IMG/VR virus record: IMGVR_UViG_3300037337_000170
Location: 32,001-96,000 of that record
Length of the DNA stretch: 64,000 bases
DNA from: a virus
Reading direction: 5' to 3' (one strand)
The notes under the pieces are model-generated. The model searched no databases. It was not told the origin of the DNA and was given only the letters and a program-made list of their open reading frames with translations. Numbering within the stretch: position 1 is the stretch's first letter; each line of letters opens with the position of its first letter. This document shows, in pieces, positions 47,223 through 56,647 of this stretch. Made by a program: the position numbers and the translations under genes.

Positions 47223-47380
47223 CCACCCAAGACCTAATTGATGCTATCGAAGCAGGTAAGACCCGTAATATGGAATCTACATTCGAAGCTATTATGCAAG
47301 AGAAAATGGAAACTGCTATTGACTTGCGCCGAATGGAGATTAGCCAATCAATGTTCACCTCTGATAACGCAGATAAATAA
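47219..47380 (+). CDS. gp67: prohead core protein gp67-like
   Basis: MTTQDLIDAIEAG...FEAIMQEK...RRMEISQSMF; ATGA overlap with the portal stop. Confidence 0.7.
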   Translation: MTTQDLIDAIEAGKTRNMESTFEAIMQEKMETAIDLRRMEISQSMFTSDNADK

Positions 47381-47416
47381 TAGTTGTAGACCTAGTATCT
47401 AAAGTCAGGAATAAAA

Positions 47417-47851
47417 ATGGATCACCGCACATCAATCAACGAAGTACACCAGTTTCTGGAAAACCAGAGGAAGGAACGGCTTGAGTCTGCGGTTTCGCTA
47501 ATGGATGCTTCTGACTCTCAGTTAAAAGCCCTTCTCTATGAAGCACGTCTAACACAACATAGTCTAGTTCGTGGCTCAATTGCGGAACTTGAAAACACAC
47601 GAAAAATCGAATCTGCTACATTAGTGCTAGAGTCTCGACTAGATGAACTATCTAAGTCAACTCTGGGATCATATATTGAAAAATCAAGTAGAGATGCTGC
47701 AGCCAAATATCACAAATCTGGTGAGCTTGGTTTTAATAATGTTGGTGATAAGCATTTTGACAAGGGCGAAAAACGCCGCATTGGGGTTGGTTCAGCCGTT
47801 AAGCGTCTGGTCAAGGAAGCCCTTGACAAGCTAGATGAGGCTAAAGATTAA
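47417..47851 (+). CDS. prohead core / internal head protein
   Basis: LDELSKSTLGSYIEK module and many (L/I)xE sites; located between gp67 and gp21. Confidence 0.6.
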   Translation: MDHRTSINEVHQFLENQRKERLESAVSLMDASDSQLKALLYEARLTQHSLVRGSIAELENTRKIESATLVLESRLDELSKSTLGSYIEKSSRDAAAKYHKSGELGFNNVGDKHFDKGEKRRIGVGSAVKRLVKEALDKLDEAKD

Positions 47852-47853
47852 AT

Positions 47854-48267
47854 ATGCCTATTTCAATCCTAAAACAAACTGAGACTATTGCTGTAGTAAA
47901 GGTATTCGGCGCCGGCGGCACCATTGACCTAAATACTGACCTACTGTCGCCGACGATGATAATTCAAGGTACTCCAACAGTTAATATTATCTTTGCTCAA
48001 TGGAATATTAGCCCTGGAGCTGCTGATGTCATTTCAGTTACCCGCAACGGTATCTCAGTACTTAATCTTCACCAGAATGCAGGTGAAATAGATCTCAGTG
48101 GTAATGGTGGTTATGCGGACACAACAGGAAATACATCCCCACTTGTTGTTACCATTACTGGATTAGGCGAGGCATATTTCACCCTTCGCAAAGCATCTGG
48201 TTATAAGTCAAAAATTGAACCAGAAACATTCAGTTCATATGATGACACATCTGTAGTCGGAAGCTAA
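47854..48267 (+). CDS. conserved hypothetical head-region protein
   Basis: 137-aa ORF upstream of gp21. Confidence 0.7.
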   Translation: MPISILKQTETIAVVKVFGAGGTIDLNTDLLSPTMIIQGTPTVNIIFAQWNISPGAADVISVTRNGISVLNLHQNAGEIDLSGNGGYADTTGNTSPLVVTITGLGEAYFTLRKASGYKSKIEPETFSSYDDTSVVGS

Positions 48268-48277
48268 GAAGACAATT

Positions 48278-48928
48278 ATGATCTTACTAAAAGAATTCTC
48301 AGAGCCATCTAATGTGAATTATCTGACCGAAGCAGACACATCCGGCATTAAGCATATGTACATCGAAGGTTGTTTTGCTGAGGCAGTAACCAAAAACAGA
48401 AACGGTCGAATCTATCCAAAGAATATTTTGGAATCGGCCGTAGGGACTTATGTTGAAAACTATGTTTCTAAAAATAGAGCAATTTCAGAATTAAGTCACC
48501 CAGAAAATCGCCCAATGCCGAGTCCTGCATTGGCTAGTCATCTTGTTACCGAACTTAAAATGGTCGGTAACAAGGCGATGGGAAAGGCCAGAATTCTAAA
48601 AACTCCCCAAGGTCAAATCATTGAGGGTTTGATTAATGGCTCTGTTGCATTAGGTGTATCTACTCGCGGCCTAGGGTCTGTACAAGAATCTAACGGCACT
48701 ACATATGTTAAGGATGATCTGGTCCTTTATGCAATCGACTGCGTGCTGGATCCCAGCGGACTAAGTTGTTTCGTTGATGCGATTAATGAATCCCAAGAGT
48801 GGGTTGTTACAGATGATGGTCGGGTACTCGAGAAAACAAAGAGTATTATTAATACAACTCCATATATGAATGAATCACAGAAACTTAAATTATTCGGTGA
48901 TTTTATGCTAGAGATTGTATCACGATAA
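48278..48928 (+). CDS. gp21: prohead protease gp21
   Basis: NRNGRIYP, ELSHP, TPQG, GVSTRGLGS, D.V.DPS. Confidence 0.97.
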   Translation: MILLKEFSEPSNVNYLTEADTSGIKHMYIEGCFAEAVTKNRNGRIYPKNILESAVGTYVENYVSKNRAISELSHPENRPMPSPALASHLVTELKMVGNKAMGKARILKTPQGQIIEGLINGSVALGVSTRGLGSVQESNGTTYVKDDLVLYAIDCVLDPSGLSCFVDAINESQEWVVTDDGRVLEKTKSIINTTPYMNESQKLKLFGDFMLEIVSR

Positions 48929-48959
48929 GTATCTTAGTACAAACCCGAAATTTAATTGT

Positions 48960-48967
48960 TATAAATA
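48960..48967 (+). promoter_or_regulatory. T4 late promoter
   Basis: TATAAATA. Confidence 0.8.
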
Positions 48968-48993
48968 AACTTAACCAATTAGGAATAACCTAT

Positions 48994-50376
48994 ATGAAAA
49001 CCGTTGAAGACAAACTAAATGAACTCGCCCAATTGGCTGAAGAACTAAAACTTCAAACAGAGGCACATCCAGAAATTGAGGGCGATGAGGATGAAGACAT
49101 GGACACCAACGAAATGTCTGCAACTGAAAAAATGAAGCTTAAGGCACAAATGAAGAGCCTAAGTCCTGCTGAACATAAAAAGATGATGGAAGGCAAAAAA
49201 TCATCAATGTATGAAATGGCTATGTCAAAAATGAAATCTAAAAAAATGATGGATGAAGTTTGTGACGAAGACATGGATGATATGGGCAAAATGAAAATGA
49301 AGCCTATGAAAGAAATGGATAACATGTCCATGAAGAATAAAAAATCAATGAAGGAAATTCATTGTGATGATGACATGGATGACATGGATGATATGGGCAA
49401 AATGAAAATGAAGCCTATGAAAGAAATGGATAACATGTCCATGAAGAATAAAAAATCAATGAAGGAAATTCATTGTGATGATGACATGGATGAAATGCCC
49501 ATGAAGGAAATGAAAAAGAAGTCTATGCAAGAAATGAAGGCTAAGCCTGATTTTCTGGACCTAGATAAGGACGGCGATAAAGAAGAAGATATGACCAAAG
49601 CCGCTAAGGATAAAAAGATGAAGGGCATGAAAGAATCTGTGGATCTAGGTGGTCTATTTGAAGGCCAGGACCTATCAGAAGAATTTAAAACAACTGCAGC
49701 AGAATTATTTGAATCTGCTGTTACTGTACGTGTAAATCAAGAGCTGGATGAGGCTATTGATGACCTACAGGAAAAATTTGATCAGTATGTCAATGAACAG
49801 ACAACTGAATTGAAAGAAAGTCTAGTCGACAAAATTGATGGATATCTTGACTTTATGGTCGAGCAGTGGATGGATAAGAATGAACTAGCAATTAACCGCG
49901 GAATCAAGACAGAAATTCTCGAAAGTTTCGTCTCCGGCATGAAGAATGTATTCGAGAGCCATTATATTGATGTACCAGATGAAAAGTATGATCTCGTTGA
50001 AGCATCCCGCGCCGAAGTAACAGAACTCGAAGCCCGTCTAGATGAAGAGGTTGCAAAATCTGTTTCCCTAACCAAAACTCTTAAAGAGATTAGCCGCCAG
50101 GTTATGATCGATGAGGCTGTTGAAGGTATGGCCGAAACTGATGCTGAGAAGTTTCGCCAATTGGCAGAAGAAATGACCTATACCGATACTGGTTTTGAAA
50201 AGAAGCTTGCTGTTATCAAAGAGAGTTATTTCTCTGCCAGCAAGACCCGTCATTCAAAGCAGTTGACCGAAGAGTTCATGACCGACGAACCAATCGAAGA
50301 AACTTTAAATGAATCATCAACTATTGATCCAGTAATGGCTCTCTATTTGACCGCTCTCGAACGTAGTAACTATTAA
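48994..50376 (+). CDS. gp22: prohead scaffold gp22 with Met/Lys/Asp-rich insertion
   Basis: LSEEFK..A..LFESAV, IDGYLD..VEQWM..NELA, F..HYIDVP.EK. Confidence 0.92.
   Translation: MKTVEDKLNELAQLAEELKLQTEAHPEIEGDEDEDMDTNEMSATEKMKLKAQMKSLSPAEHKKMMEGKKSSMYEMAMSKMKSKKMMDEVCDEDMDDMGKMKMKPMKEMDNMSMKNKKSMKEIHCDDDMDDMDDMGKMKMKPMKEMDNMSMKNKKSMKEIHCDDDMDEMPMKEMKKKSMQEMKAKPDFLDLDKDGDKEEDMTKAAKDKKMKGMKESVDLGGLFEGQDLSEEFKTTAAELFESAVTVRVNQELDEAIDDLQEKFDQYVNEQTTELKESLVDKIDGYLDFMVEQWMDKNELAINRGIKTEILESFVSGMKNVFESHYIDVPDEKYDLVEASRAEVTELEARLDEEVAKSVSLTKTLKEISRQVMIDEAVEGMAETDAEKFRQLAEEMTYTDTGFEKKLAVIKESYFSASKTRHSKQLTEEFMTDEPIEETLNESSTIDPVMALYLTALERSNY
49270..49493 (+). repeat. 111-bp tandem duplication in gp22
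   Basis: Copies start at 49270 and 49381 (DMDDMGKMKMKPMKEMDNMSMKNKKSMKEIHCDDDMD). Confidence 0.9.
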
Positions 50377-50424
50377 TCTAATTTCTAGATTTAATAAATA
50401 ATATATCCAACTAAGGAATTAAAA

Positions 50425-51687
50425 ATGTCAACAAACCAACAACTGTTAAAGAAATGGGCTCCGATTCTGGAATCTACTTCAATGCCAGCAATCGCTGATA
50501 ACCAGCGTAAAATGGACATCGCTGTCCTATTAGAAAACCAAGAACGTGCGCAACGTGAAGAGCGTGCAGTACTATTCGAAGATGCTCCAGGCAACTCAGC
50601 CGGCGCCATGCCAGATACCGGCGGTGTTGCTAAGTTTGATCCAGTTCTAATTAGCCTGGTTCGCCGTGCTATGCCAGCAATGATCGCCTACGACATGTGT
50701 GGTGTTCAACCAATGACCCAGCCAACTGGTCTTATCTTCGCAATGAAGTCAAAGTACTCCAGCCAGGGCGGAACTGAAGCCCTATTCAACGAAGCCGATA
50801 CCGACTTCTCTGGTAAGGGTACTCATGCAGGCGACGGTTCTGCTGCAGGTTCAACCACCGGCACCGGTATGTCAACTGCTGAAGCAGAAACTCTAGGCTC
50901 ACTAAACGGCACCCCAGGTGGTACGTTCAACGAAATGGCCTTCTCTATCGAGAAGACTTCAGTGGTTGCTCAGTCTCGTGCCCTAAAAGCAGAATACAGT
51001 GTTGAGCTTGCTCAAGACTTGAAGGCTGTTCACGGTCTAGATGCTGAAGCCGAACTAAGCAACATTCTTTCACAAGAAATTATCAACGAAATTAACCGTG
51101 AAGTTATTCGTACGGTATATAGTTCTGCACGAATTGGTGCACAGGTTGGTACCGCAGTGGCTGGTGCATTCGACTTAGATGTTGATTCTAACGGTCGTTG
51201 GTCAGTTGAAAAATTCAAAGGCCTATTGTTCCAAATCGAACGTGAAGCCAATGCAATTTACCAACAAACTCGTCGTGGCAAGGGTAACTTCATTGTCTGT
51301 TCTTCAGACGTGGCTTCTGCCCTAGCGATGGCTGGTGTGCTTGATTACGCTCCTGCGCTATCAACCAACCTAAATGTAGATGAAGCATCTTCAACCTTTG
51401 CTGGCGTGCTTAACGGTCGCTACAAAGTGTATGTTGATCCATTCGCTGCAAACCAGACTGCTGAACAGTTTCTAATGGTAGGTTACAAGGGCACCAGCCG
51501 CTTTGATGCTGGCGCCTTCTATTGCCCATACGTACCTCTCCAACTCTACCGTGCTACGGACCCGCTTACGTTCCAACCAAAACTAGCATTCCGGACTCGA
51601 TATGGGTTCGTTGCAAACCCATTCACCTCGCTAGCTGCTAATACCAATATTTACTTCCGTAAAATTCGTATTCTCAACTTAATGTGA
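50425..51687 (+). CDS. gp23: major capsid protein gp23
   Basis: FDPVLISLVRR, GVQPMTQPTGLIFA, SRALKAEYS, GRWSVEKFKGL, FYCPYVPL. Confidence 0.99.
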   Translation: MSTNQQLLKKWAPILESTSMPAIADNQRKMDIAVLLENQERAQREERAVLFEDAPGNSAGAMPDTGGVAKFDPVLISLVRRAMPAMIAYDMCGVQPMTQPTGLIFAMKSKYSSQGGTEALFNEADTDFSGKGTHAGDGSAAGSTTGTGMSTAEAETLGSLNGTPGGTFNEMAFSIEKTSVVAQSRALKAEYSVELAQDLKAVHGLDAEAELSNILSQEIINEINREVIRTVYSSARIGAQVGTAVAGAFDLDVDSNGRWSVEKFKGLLFQIEREANAIYQQTRRGKGNFIVCSSDVASALAMAGVLDYAPALSTNLNVDEASSTFAGVLNGRYKVYVDPFAANQTAEQFLMVGYKGTSRFDAGAFYCPYVPLQLYRATDPLTFQPKLAFRTRYGFVANPFTSLAANTNIYFRKIRILNLM

Positions 51688-51733
51688 TTGTATGGTATAG
51701 AAATATACCGATCAGTATACAAAGATGATACTC

Positions 51734-51759
51734 AAAAGGGACCGCAAGGTCCCTTTTTT
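51734..51759. terminator. bidirectional rho-independent terminator (GCAA tetraloop)
   Basis: AAAAGGGACC-GCAA-GGTCCCTTTTTT between convergent genes. Confidence 0.9.
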
Positions 51760-51770
51760 ATGCCTAGAAT

Positions 51771-53066
51771 TTATTTCAGTAGAAATACCTTGTGGCCACA
51801 ATCCCAAAACTTCCTATATTTTGCTGCGAACATAGATTCATCCTCGGTTCCATCTATAAATTTCGAACCTAACAGAGTTTTCAATTTAGACTTTTGTGTC
51901 TGATAACGGGTTAGGCATTTACCACCGTTTGTCCAGAAATAACCTGGTTCGGTTGTTCTAATGTGCTCGAAGCCGGCCAAAGAGTATACCTTACCGGTGC
52001 CATATCTTTTATCACAATAACTCAGAATAGACCCAACATAAGTTGATCGAAAGTGAGATAAAAGCTTCTGAAAGCCACCAATAACATTATAGCCTGTTTC
52101 GGATGCAAATCTAATAAGCTCCCAATCTGCTTCCACAGTAAATCGCGGCTTCTTAAATGATACAACCTGCATAAGTTGGCCTTCGAATAATAGCCCTAGA
52201 TTGACTTTTGCTACTGCATTGCCAGAAATATGATTTTTATCCATGAACTCTTTTGTTTGTTTGGCTGTAAGTTCTTGCACAATACATTTTCTAGCATAGA
52301 GTTTATTACCAAGACCAAGCCTGGAGTTAATCATAGACATAACAAGTTCTTGCTTTTCTGTAATTTCCTTATCAGTAAAATGCATTAACAGGATACCACT
52401 TTTTTCTACACTATCACTTTTATGTAGATGTTTGTGTTTAATTTCTCTACTAATCGCCTTGCTACTAGCCGAGTGCCAATAGAGCCCATTTATTTCTATG
52501 GCGAGATTGTTGTTTGGAAAATAAATATCGAGGTGTTTTGGTTTTATTACTGTTTTATCATTTAACAGCATAGCCCCGGAAAAAACCTTTTTGAGTTCAT
52601 TGACCAAAGTTATTTCTACAAAGCTTCTCTGAAAATCATCATTACGTTCGATATTATGCCCATCAACAAATGCTAGAATCGTCCCGTAGTGAACATCAAG
52701 TTCTTTACCTAGTTCTTGTGATGATCTACCCTTTGTTTTATATTCCTCAAATACCCAAGTCTTATCCGATAGTTTTTTGAGTACTTCTTCCGAAAGTTTA
52801 GATTTTTTCCAAAGATGTTTTAGATCGGGTCTTTGAGAATTGAATCTATAACCGGTTTTAGCCAATAAGGTCTCTTCCCGTTTTTTCTGTGATGATTTTT
52901 CATTTCTATTTGCTATGGAGTCCTTCATAATAAATGCTAGGTCCTTATTCTTACACTTGTTCGAGCAGTAGTTGGACATAGTAACAGTACCACCATTAAT
53001 ATTAACCAAACATGGATCTCCGCACATTTTACATTCGCTATGTGGTTGATCTGTAAGAATCATCAT
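51771..53066 (-). mobile_element. Hef-like homing endonuclease (Vsr/DUF559-type core); 5' end frameshifted
   Basis: CKMCG...YCSNKC, LDIYFP...AIEINGLYWHS, YARKC, ELIRF, SYCDKRY, WDCG. Confidence 0.8.
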
Positions 53067-53077
53067 TACAGATTCTC

Positions 53078-53218
53078 TCAGAGAATAGGATTCCCATATA
53101 CGGCTTTTATTTGATTATAAAGATCTGGCTGGTTGTGCTTTTCAAAATATTCCTTCCGCGATCTCTTAGAAATAAATTTTTCATCAATAAACAGAAGATC
53201 TTTAATTTGTGTTTTCAT
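53078..53218 (-). pseudogene. out-of-frame N-terminal fragment of the Hef-like gene
   Basis: MKTQIKDLLFIDEKFISKRSRKEYFEKHNQPDLYNQIKAVYG joins ESYSLRESVMM if one G is added at 53093-53095. Confidence 0.55.
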
Positions 53219-53246
53219 AGCTTGTTTTGGTATAAGTGCCTATTGC

Positions 53247-53281
53247 ATTATATATCGTGTAAGATATTCTCCAAAATAAAC
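53247..53281 (-). promoter_or_regulatory. GTTTATTT-N21-TATAAT promoter for the endonuclease gene
   Basis: Same architecture as 1937-1970, about 30 nt upstream of ATG 53218. Confidence 0.6.
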
Positions 53282-53313
53282 TTAAGATGCGTGAGTAGCA
53301 TGGTCTATGTACG

Positions 53314-53321
53314 TATAAATA
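53314..53321 (+). promoter_or_regulatory. T4 late promoter
   Basis: TATAAATA. Confidence 0.75.
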
Positions 53322-53346
53322 ATTGTACCAAATACCTAGGTTTATT

Positions 53347-53877
53347 ATGCTATCATTTAGAGAATATCTAATGGAATCAGTTAAAGGCAATTATGTATCT
53401 ATTGATGTCGATAGACCCTTAATTATCCCTAGTCTAGCAGAAAAATTTCCGACTGCAAAAATCTGTATCGATGAGCAACATGCTACCCTAATGTATTCGG
53501 AAACCACAGATATTGCGGATGAGACAATTAAAGCCTTTCTATCCAAATATAGCAAACCATTTAAGATTAACCTGGGTACTGTAGAGGCATTTGATTCTCC
53601 TATGGATGATGGCTCTAAGTCTGAATTGTGTGCTATAGTAGTTAAGATTGAATCTAACCTTTTATCTGAGATTCACTCTGGACTAAAAAAATTAGGTCTT
53701 AAGCATTCATATGCAGACTTTCAGCCGCATATCTCGGTTTTATATAAACTTCCCATGGCAGATAAAAATGCTGCATTATCTTGTGTTAGAGACAACATTG
53801 AAAAGGGTGCAGAACTTATGTTAAAAGGTTATAACATAGATGCAATCGACAAATCTTGGGCCTCTAAAATAAAGTAA
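53347..53877 (+). CDS. acb1: 2H phosphoesterase, T4 gp57B/Acb1-like (putative anti-CBASS nuclease)
   Basis: GNYV, HATLMYS, IH..L..LG.KHSYADFQPHISVLY and C-terminal W (KSWASKIK) follow the T4 Acb1 layout. Confidence 0.8.
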   Translation: MLSFREYLMESVKGNYVSIDVDRPLIIPSLAEKFPTAKICIDEQHATLMYSETTDIADETIKAFLSKYSKPFKINLGTVEAFDSPMDDGSKSELCAIVVKIESNLLSEIHSGLKKLGLKHSYADFQPHISVLYKLPMADKNAALSCVRDNIEKGAELMLKGYNIDAIDKSWASKIK

Positions 53878-53880
53878 CTT

Positions 53881-54423
53881 ATGTCATTTTTATCAGTACC
53901 CACTCCCGCCAAAGTAAATCCTCTATTCGGCCCAGGTAATTATTCATTCAACTTAGTCAAGTTTCCAGAAGTAAGTTTCATGCTTCAATCGGTTGAATTA
54001 CCTAGTATTCAGCTTGGTACCGCCATGATGTCGACAAGTGTACACGATGTTCCATTACCAGGTGAAACTCTTTCCTTTTCAGATTTATCATTTACATTTA
54101 TTGTTGACGAAGATATGTCTAACTACATGGCTATTCATGAATGGCTAATGGGCCTAGGCTACCCCGAATCTCATGAAATGTATAAGGAACTTTTACGTAA
54201 TTCTAAAAACACCGCTAGTCTTTCTGAGCTATCAAAAGGCTATACAGATGGTGTTATAACCATAATGGGTAATTATAATGTTCCAGTTGTACAAGCCGTT
54301 TTTGTCGATGCATTCCCTATTAGTATTGGTGGCATGAACTTTAATAGCAACAACTCTGACTCGGAGCCAATTATCGCCACAGCAACTTTTGCATATGCTC
54401 ATTATACCCTAAATAAAGTCTAA
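53881..54423 (+). CDS. gp3: tail tube terminator gp3
   Basis: FPEVSF.LQSVELPSI.LG, FIVDEDMSNY..IHEWL.GLG.P, DAFPIS. Confidence 0.93.
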   Translation: MSFLSVPTPAKVNPLFGPGNYSFNLVKFPEVSFMLQSVELPSIQLGTAMMSTSVHDVPLPGETLSFSDLSFTFIVDEDMSNYMAIHEWLMGLGYPESHEMYKELLRNSKNTASLSELSKGYTDGVITIMGNYNVPVVQAVFVDAFPISIGGMNFNSNNSDSEPIIATATFAYAHYTLNKV

Positions 54424-54441
54424 CAAGACTACCTTTATATT

Positions 54442-54876
54442 ATGACACTTAGTGAATTGAAATTGCAATGGGCCCGCGATTGTATTATTGATGAAAATGA
54501 TCTTGGTGGCGCCGCCATAAAGACAAGTAATTTACATTCATTTTACATCAATGAAAATATTAACATTAAATTACAATTAGTAAAACTTCAAATGGAAGTG
54601 GCCACACTTCAGGTTGCTCGTGGCAGATACTTTCGTGGCGAGATGCCAAGTGCTGAGTTAAAAGAACGTGAATGGGAACAATGGCACTACAAAACCCTTA
54701 GAGCGGATATTGGTGATTTAATCTTAGCATCGCCTGATGTACAAATTCTATTGGGGCGTCAGGAATATCTAAAAATCATTATCGGCTTTTTAGATTCAGT
54801 TCTAGGTGAGATCAAAGCCCGCTCATTTAATATTAGAAATGCTATAGACTGGGCCAAGTTCAGAGCAGGCAATTGA
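54442..54876 (+). CDS. uvsY: recombination mediator UvsY
   Basis: W..DCIID...L, LHSFY, RYFRGE, RSFNIRNAIDWAKFRAG. Confidence 0.93.
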   Translation: MTLSELKLQWARDCIIDENDLGGAAIKTSNLHSFYINENINIKLQLVKLQMEVATLQVARGRYFRGEMPSAELKEREWEQWHYKTLRADIGDLILASPDVQILLGRQEYLKIIIGFLDSVLGEIKARSFNIRNAIDWAKFRAGN

Positions 54877-54877
54877 A

Positions 54878-54971
54878 CCACTTACCGAACAACTAGAATA
54901 CATAGTTTATTATATCCAGAAAAGTTCGAGCCCGAAATAAACACGACCTATTCCATGTAACACTTTGTACA
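54878..54971 (-). repeat. 94-bp non-coding element, copy 2 (contains a minus-strand promoter)
   Basis: Gapless similarity to 36646-36739. Confidence 0.85.
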
Positions 54972-55025
54972 AGTCATTTGTCAGGAATTCTTGGAATACG
55001 AGAAACCGCATAAATAATGTAATAG

Positions 55026-55038
55026 AATCAACAACTTA
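55026..55038 (+). promoter_or_regulatory. IHF consensus site
   Basis: AATCAA-CAAC-TTA matches WATCAANNNNTTR. Confidence 0.5.
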
Positions 55039-55084
55039 GCCGCGCGTTTTCCGAAAGCTGTGGGGATCCCCACCAAATTATATT

Positions 55085-56617
55085 ATGTCAAAAATCACAG
55101 TTACTTCTTATAATGAAACACATGTCCGTGTAAACTGTGATGACTACGGGGTGGAAATGGAACTTCAGGAATATTTTACCTTTAGTGTCCCTGGTGCTAA
55201 ATTTACACCCAAGTTTAAATCTGGTCAATGGGATGGAAACATTAAGCTACTCAACACCCGTAACAAATTATTGTACACTGGGTTAATTTCACTAGTACAT
55301 AAATTTGCTAGATCCAATGGTTATGAGATTGATATTGCCAGAGAGTTAAATCCCACGATCAAGATTACCAGAGCCGAAGTATCGGATTACATGCACGGGC
55401 TTAATCTAACCGGTCGGGGTGTTCCAATTCAACTTAGAGATTACCAGATTGATGCTGTTTATAAGGCTCTTTCAAATAAGAGGTTAATTCTAGTAAGTGC
55501 TACTGGCTCTGGCAAGTCATTGATTTTATATTCGATCATTCGCTATTGCTTAGACAAAGAACAGTCTATTGTTCTTATTGTACCGACTGTAAGTTTGGTG
55601 AATCAGATGGTTAGCGACTTTAAGGATTACAGTACGGCTAATGGTTTTGATGTAGATAAACATATCCACGGCTTATATTCTGGCAAGGATCGTATTTTTA
55701 ATAAGCCTGTTACAATTTCAACTTGGCAGACATTGGCTAGTATGCACAAGAGTGATTCAAAGAACTATTTGGCACTAACTGCAAATACCGATGTATTGCT
55801 AGCCGACGAAGCGCACACATTAAAAGCGGCTGTTGTTTCTGCGACCATTGAAGGGTTCGTCAATACAAGCCATAGAATTGGAACCACCGGTACCCTACAC
55901 GATGCACTTTGTAATAAGCTAGTGTTAATAGGTCTTTTGGGTCCGGCTCACGAGATTATATCTGCTTCCGAATTGATTGCAGCTGGTCAGGCTGTTCCAA
56001 TCGACATTAAAGTTATTATTCTCAAACATCCTTCAGAGTTCTGTAAGATGTTAAAGTCAATGGATTACAAAGAAGAACTTCAACAGATTATCTCTAATCC
56101 TGCACGTAATGCCTTTATTGCCAACCTCGCAAAATCATTATCTGGTAATACATTAATTTTATACCGCTTTGTTGCTACCCATGGGCAAATTTTATATGAT
56201 CTCATAAAAGAAAATGTAGGTGACACAAGAGCAGTTTATTTTATTCACGGTGGTGTAGAAGTAGAGGAACGGGATAGAATTCGTCTCATTTTGGAAAATG
56301 ATAAGAGTGCCATTGTTGTAGCCACTGAGTCCCTAATGTCGACAGGAATTAATATCCCTAGTCTAGAAAATTTAATCTTTGCCTGCCCTGGTAAATCTGC
56401 AATTCGTATTCGTCAATCAATTGGAAGAACACTTCGATTAAAAGAAGGTAAGACTCATGCTACCATATATGACATTGCCGACGATTATCGAGCCTCACCA
56501 AAAGCTAGAAATAACATAACTCTTAATCATCTTAATGATAGACTAGCCATTTATGTAAAAGAGGATTTCAAATACTCAATTCGTAGACTAGAGTTAAAAT
56601 ATGATTATCTTGGCTGA
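55085..56617 (+). CDS. uvsW: helicase UvsW
   Basis: WDGNIKL, LRDYQ, SATGSGKS, ISTWQ, DEAH, GTTGT, QSIGR.LR. Confidence 0.97.
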   Translation: MSKITVTSYNETHVRVNCDDYGVEMELQEYFTFSVPGAKFTPKFKSGQWDGNIKLLNTRNKLLYTGLISLVHKFARSNGYEIDIARELNPTIKITRAEVSDYMHGLNLTGRGVPIQLRDYQIDAVYKALSNKRLILVSATGSGKSLILYSIIRYCLDKEQSIVLIVPTVSLVNQMVSDFKDYSTANGFDVDKHIHGLYSGKDRIFNKPVTISTWQTLASMHKSDSKNYLALTANTDVLLADEAHTLKAAVVSATIEGFVNTSHRIGTTGTLHDALCNKLVLIGLLGPAHEIISASELIAAGQAVPIDIKVIILKHPSEFCKMLKSMDYKEELQQIISNPARNAFIANLAKSLSGNTLILYRFVATHGQILYDLIKENVGDTRAVYFIHGGVEVEERDRIRLILENDKSAIVVATESLMSTGINIPSLENLIFACPGKSAIRIRQSIGRTLRLKEGKTHATIYDIADDYRASPKARNNITLNHLNDRLAIYVKEDFKYSIRRLELKYDYLG

Positions 56618-56647
56618 TAAATACTAAAATTATAAGTTAAGATTATC

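Noticed and set aside
53111-53390. ORFs 53111-53371 (+) and 53202-53390 (-)
   Set aside because: They overlap the promoters and the endonuclease 5' fragment and have no recognisable motifs.
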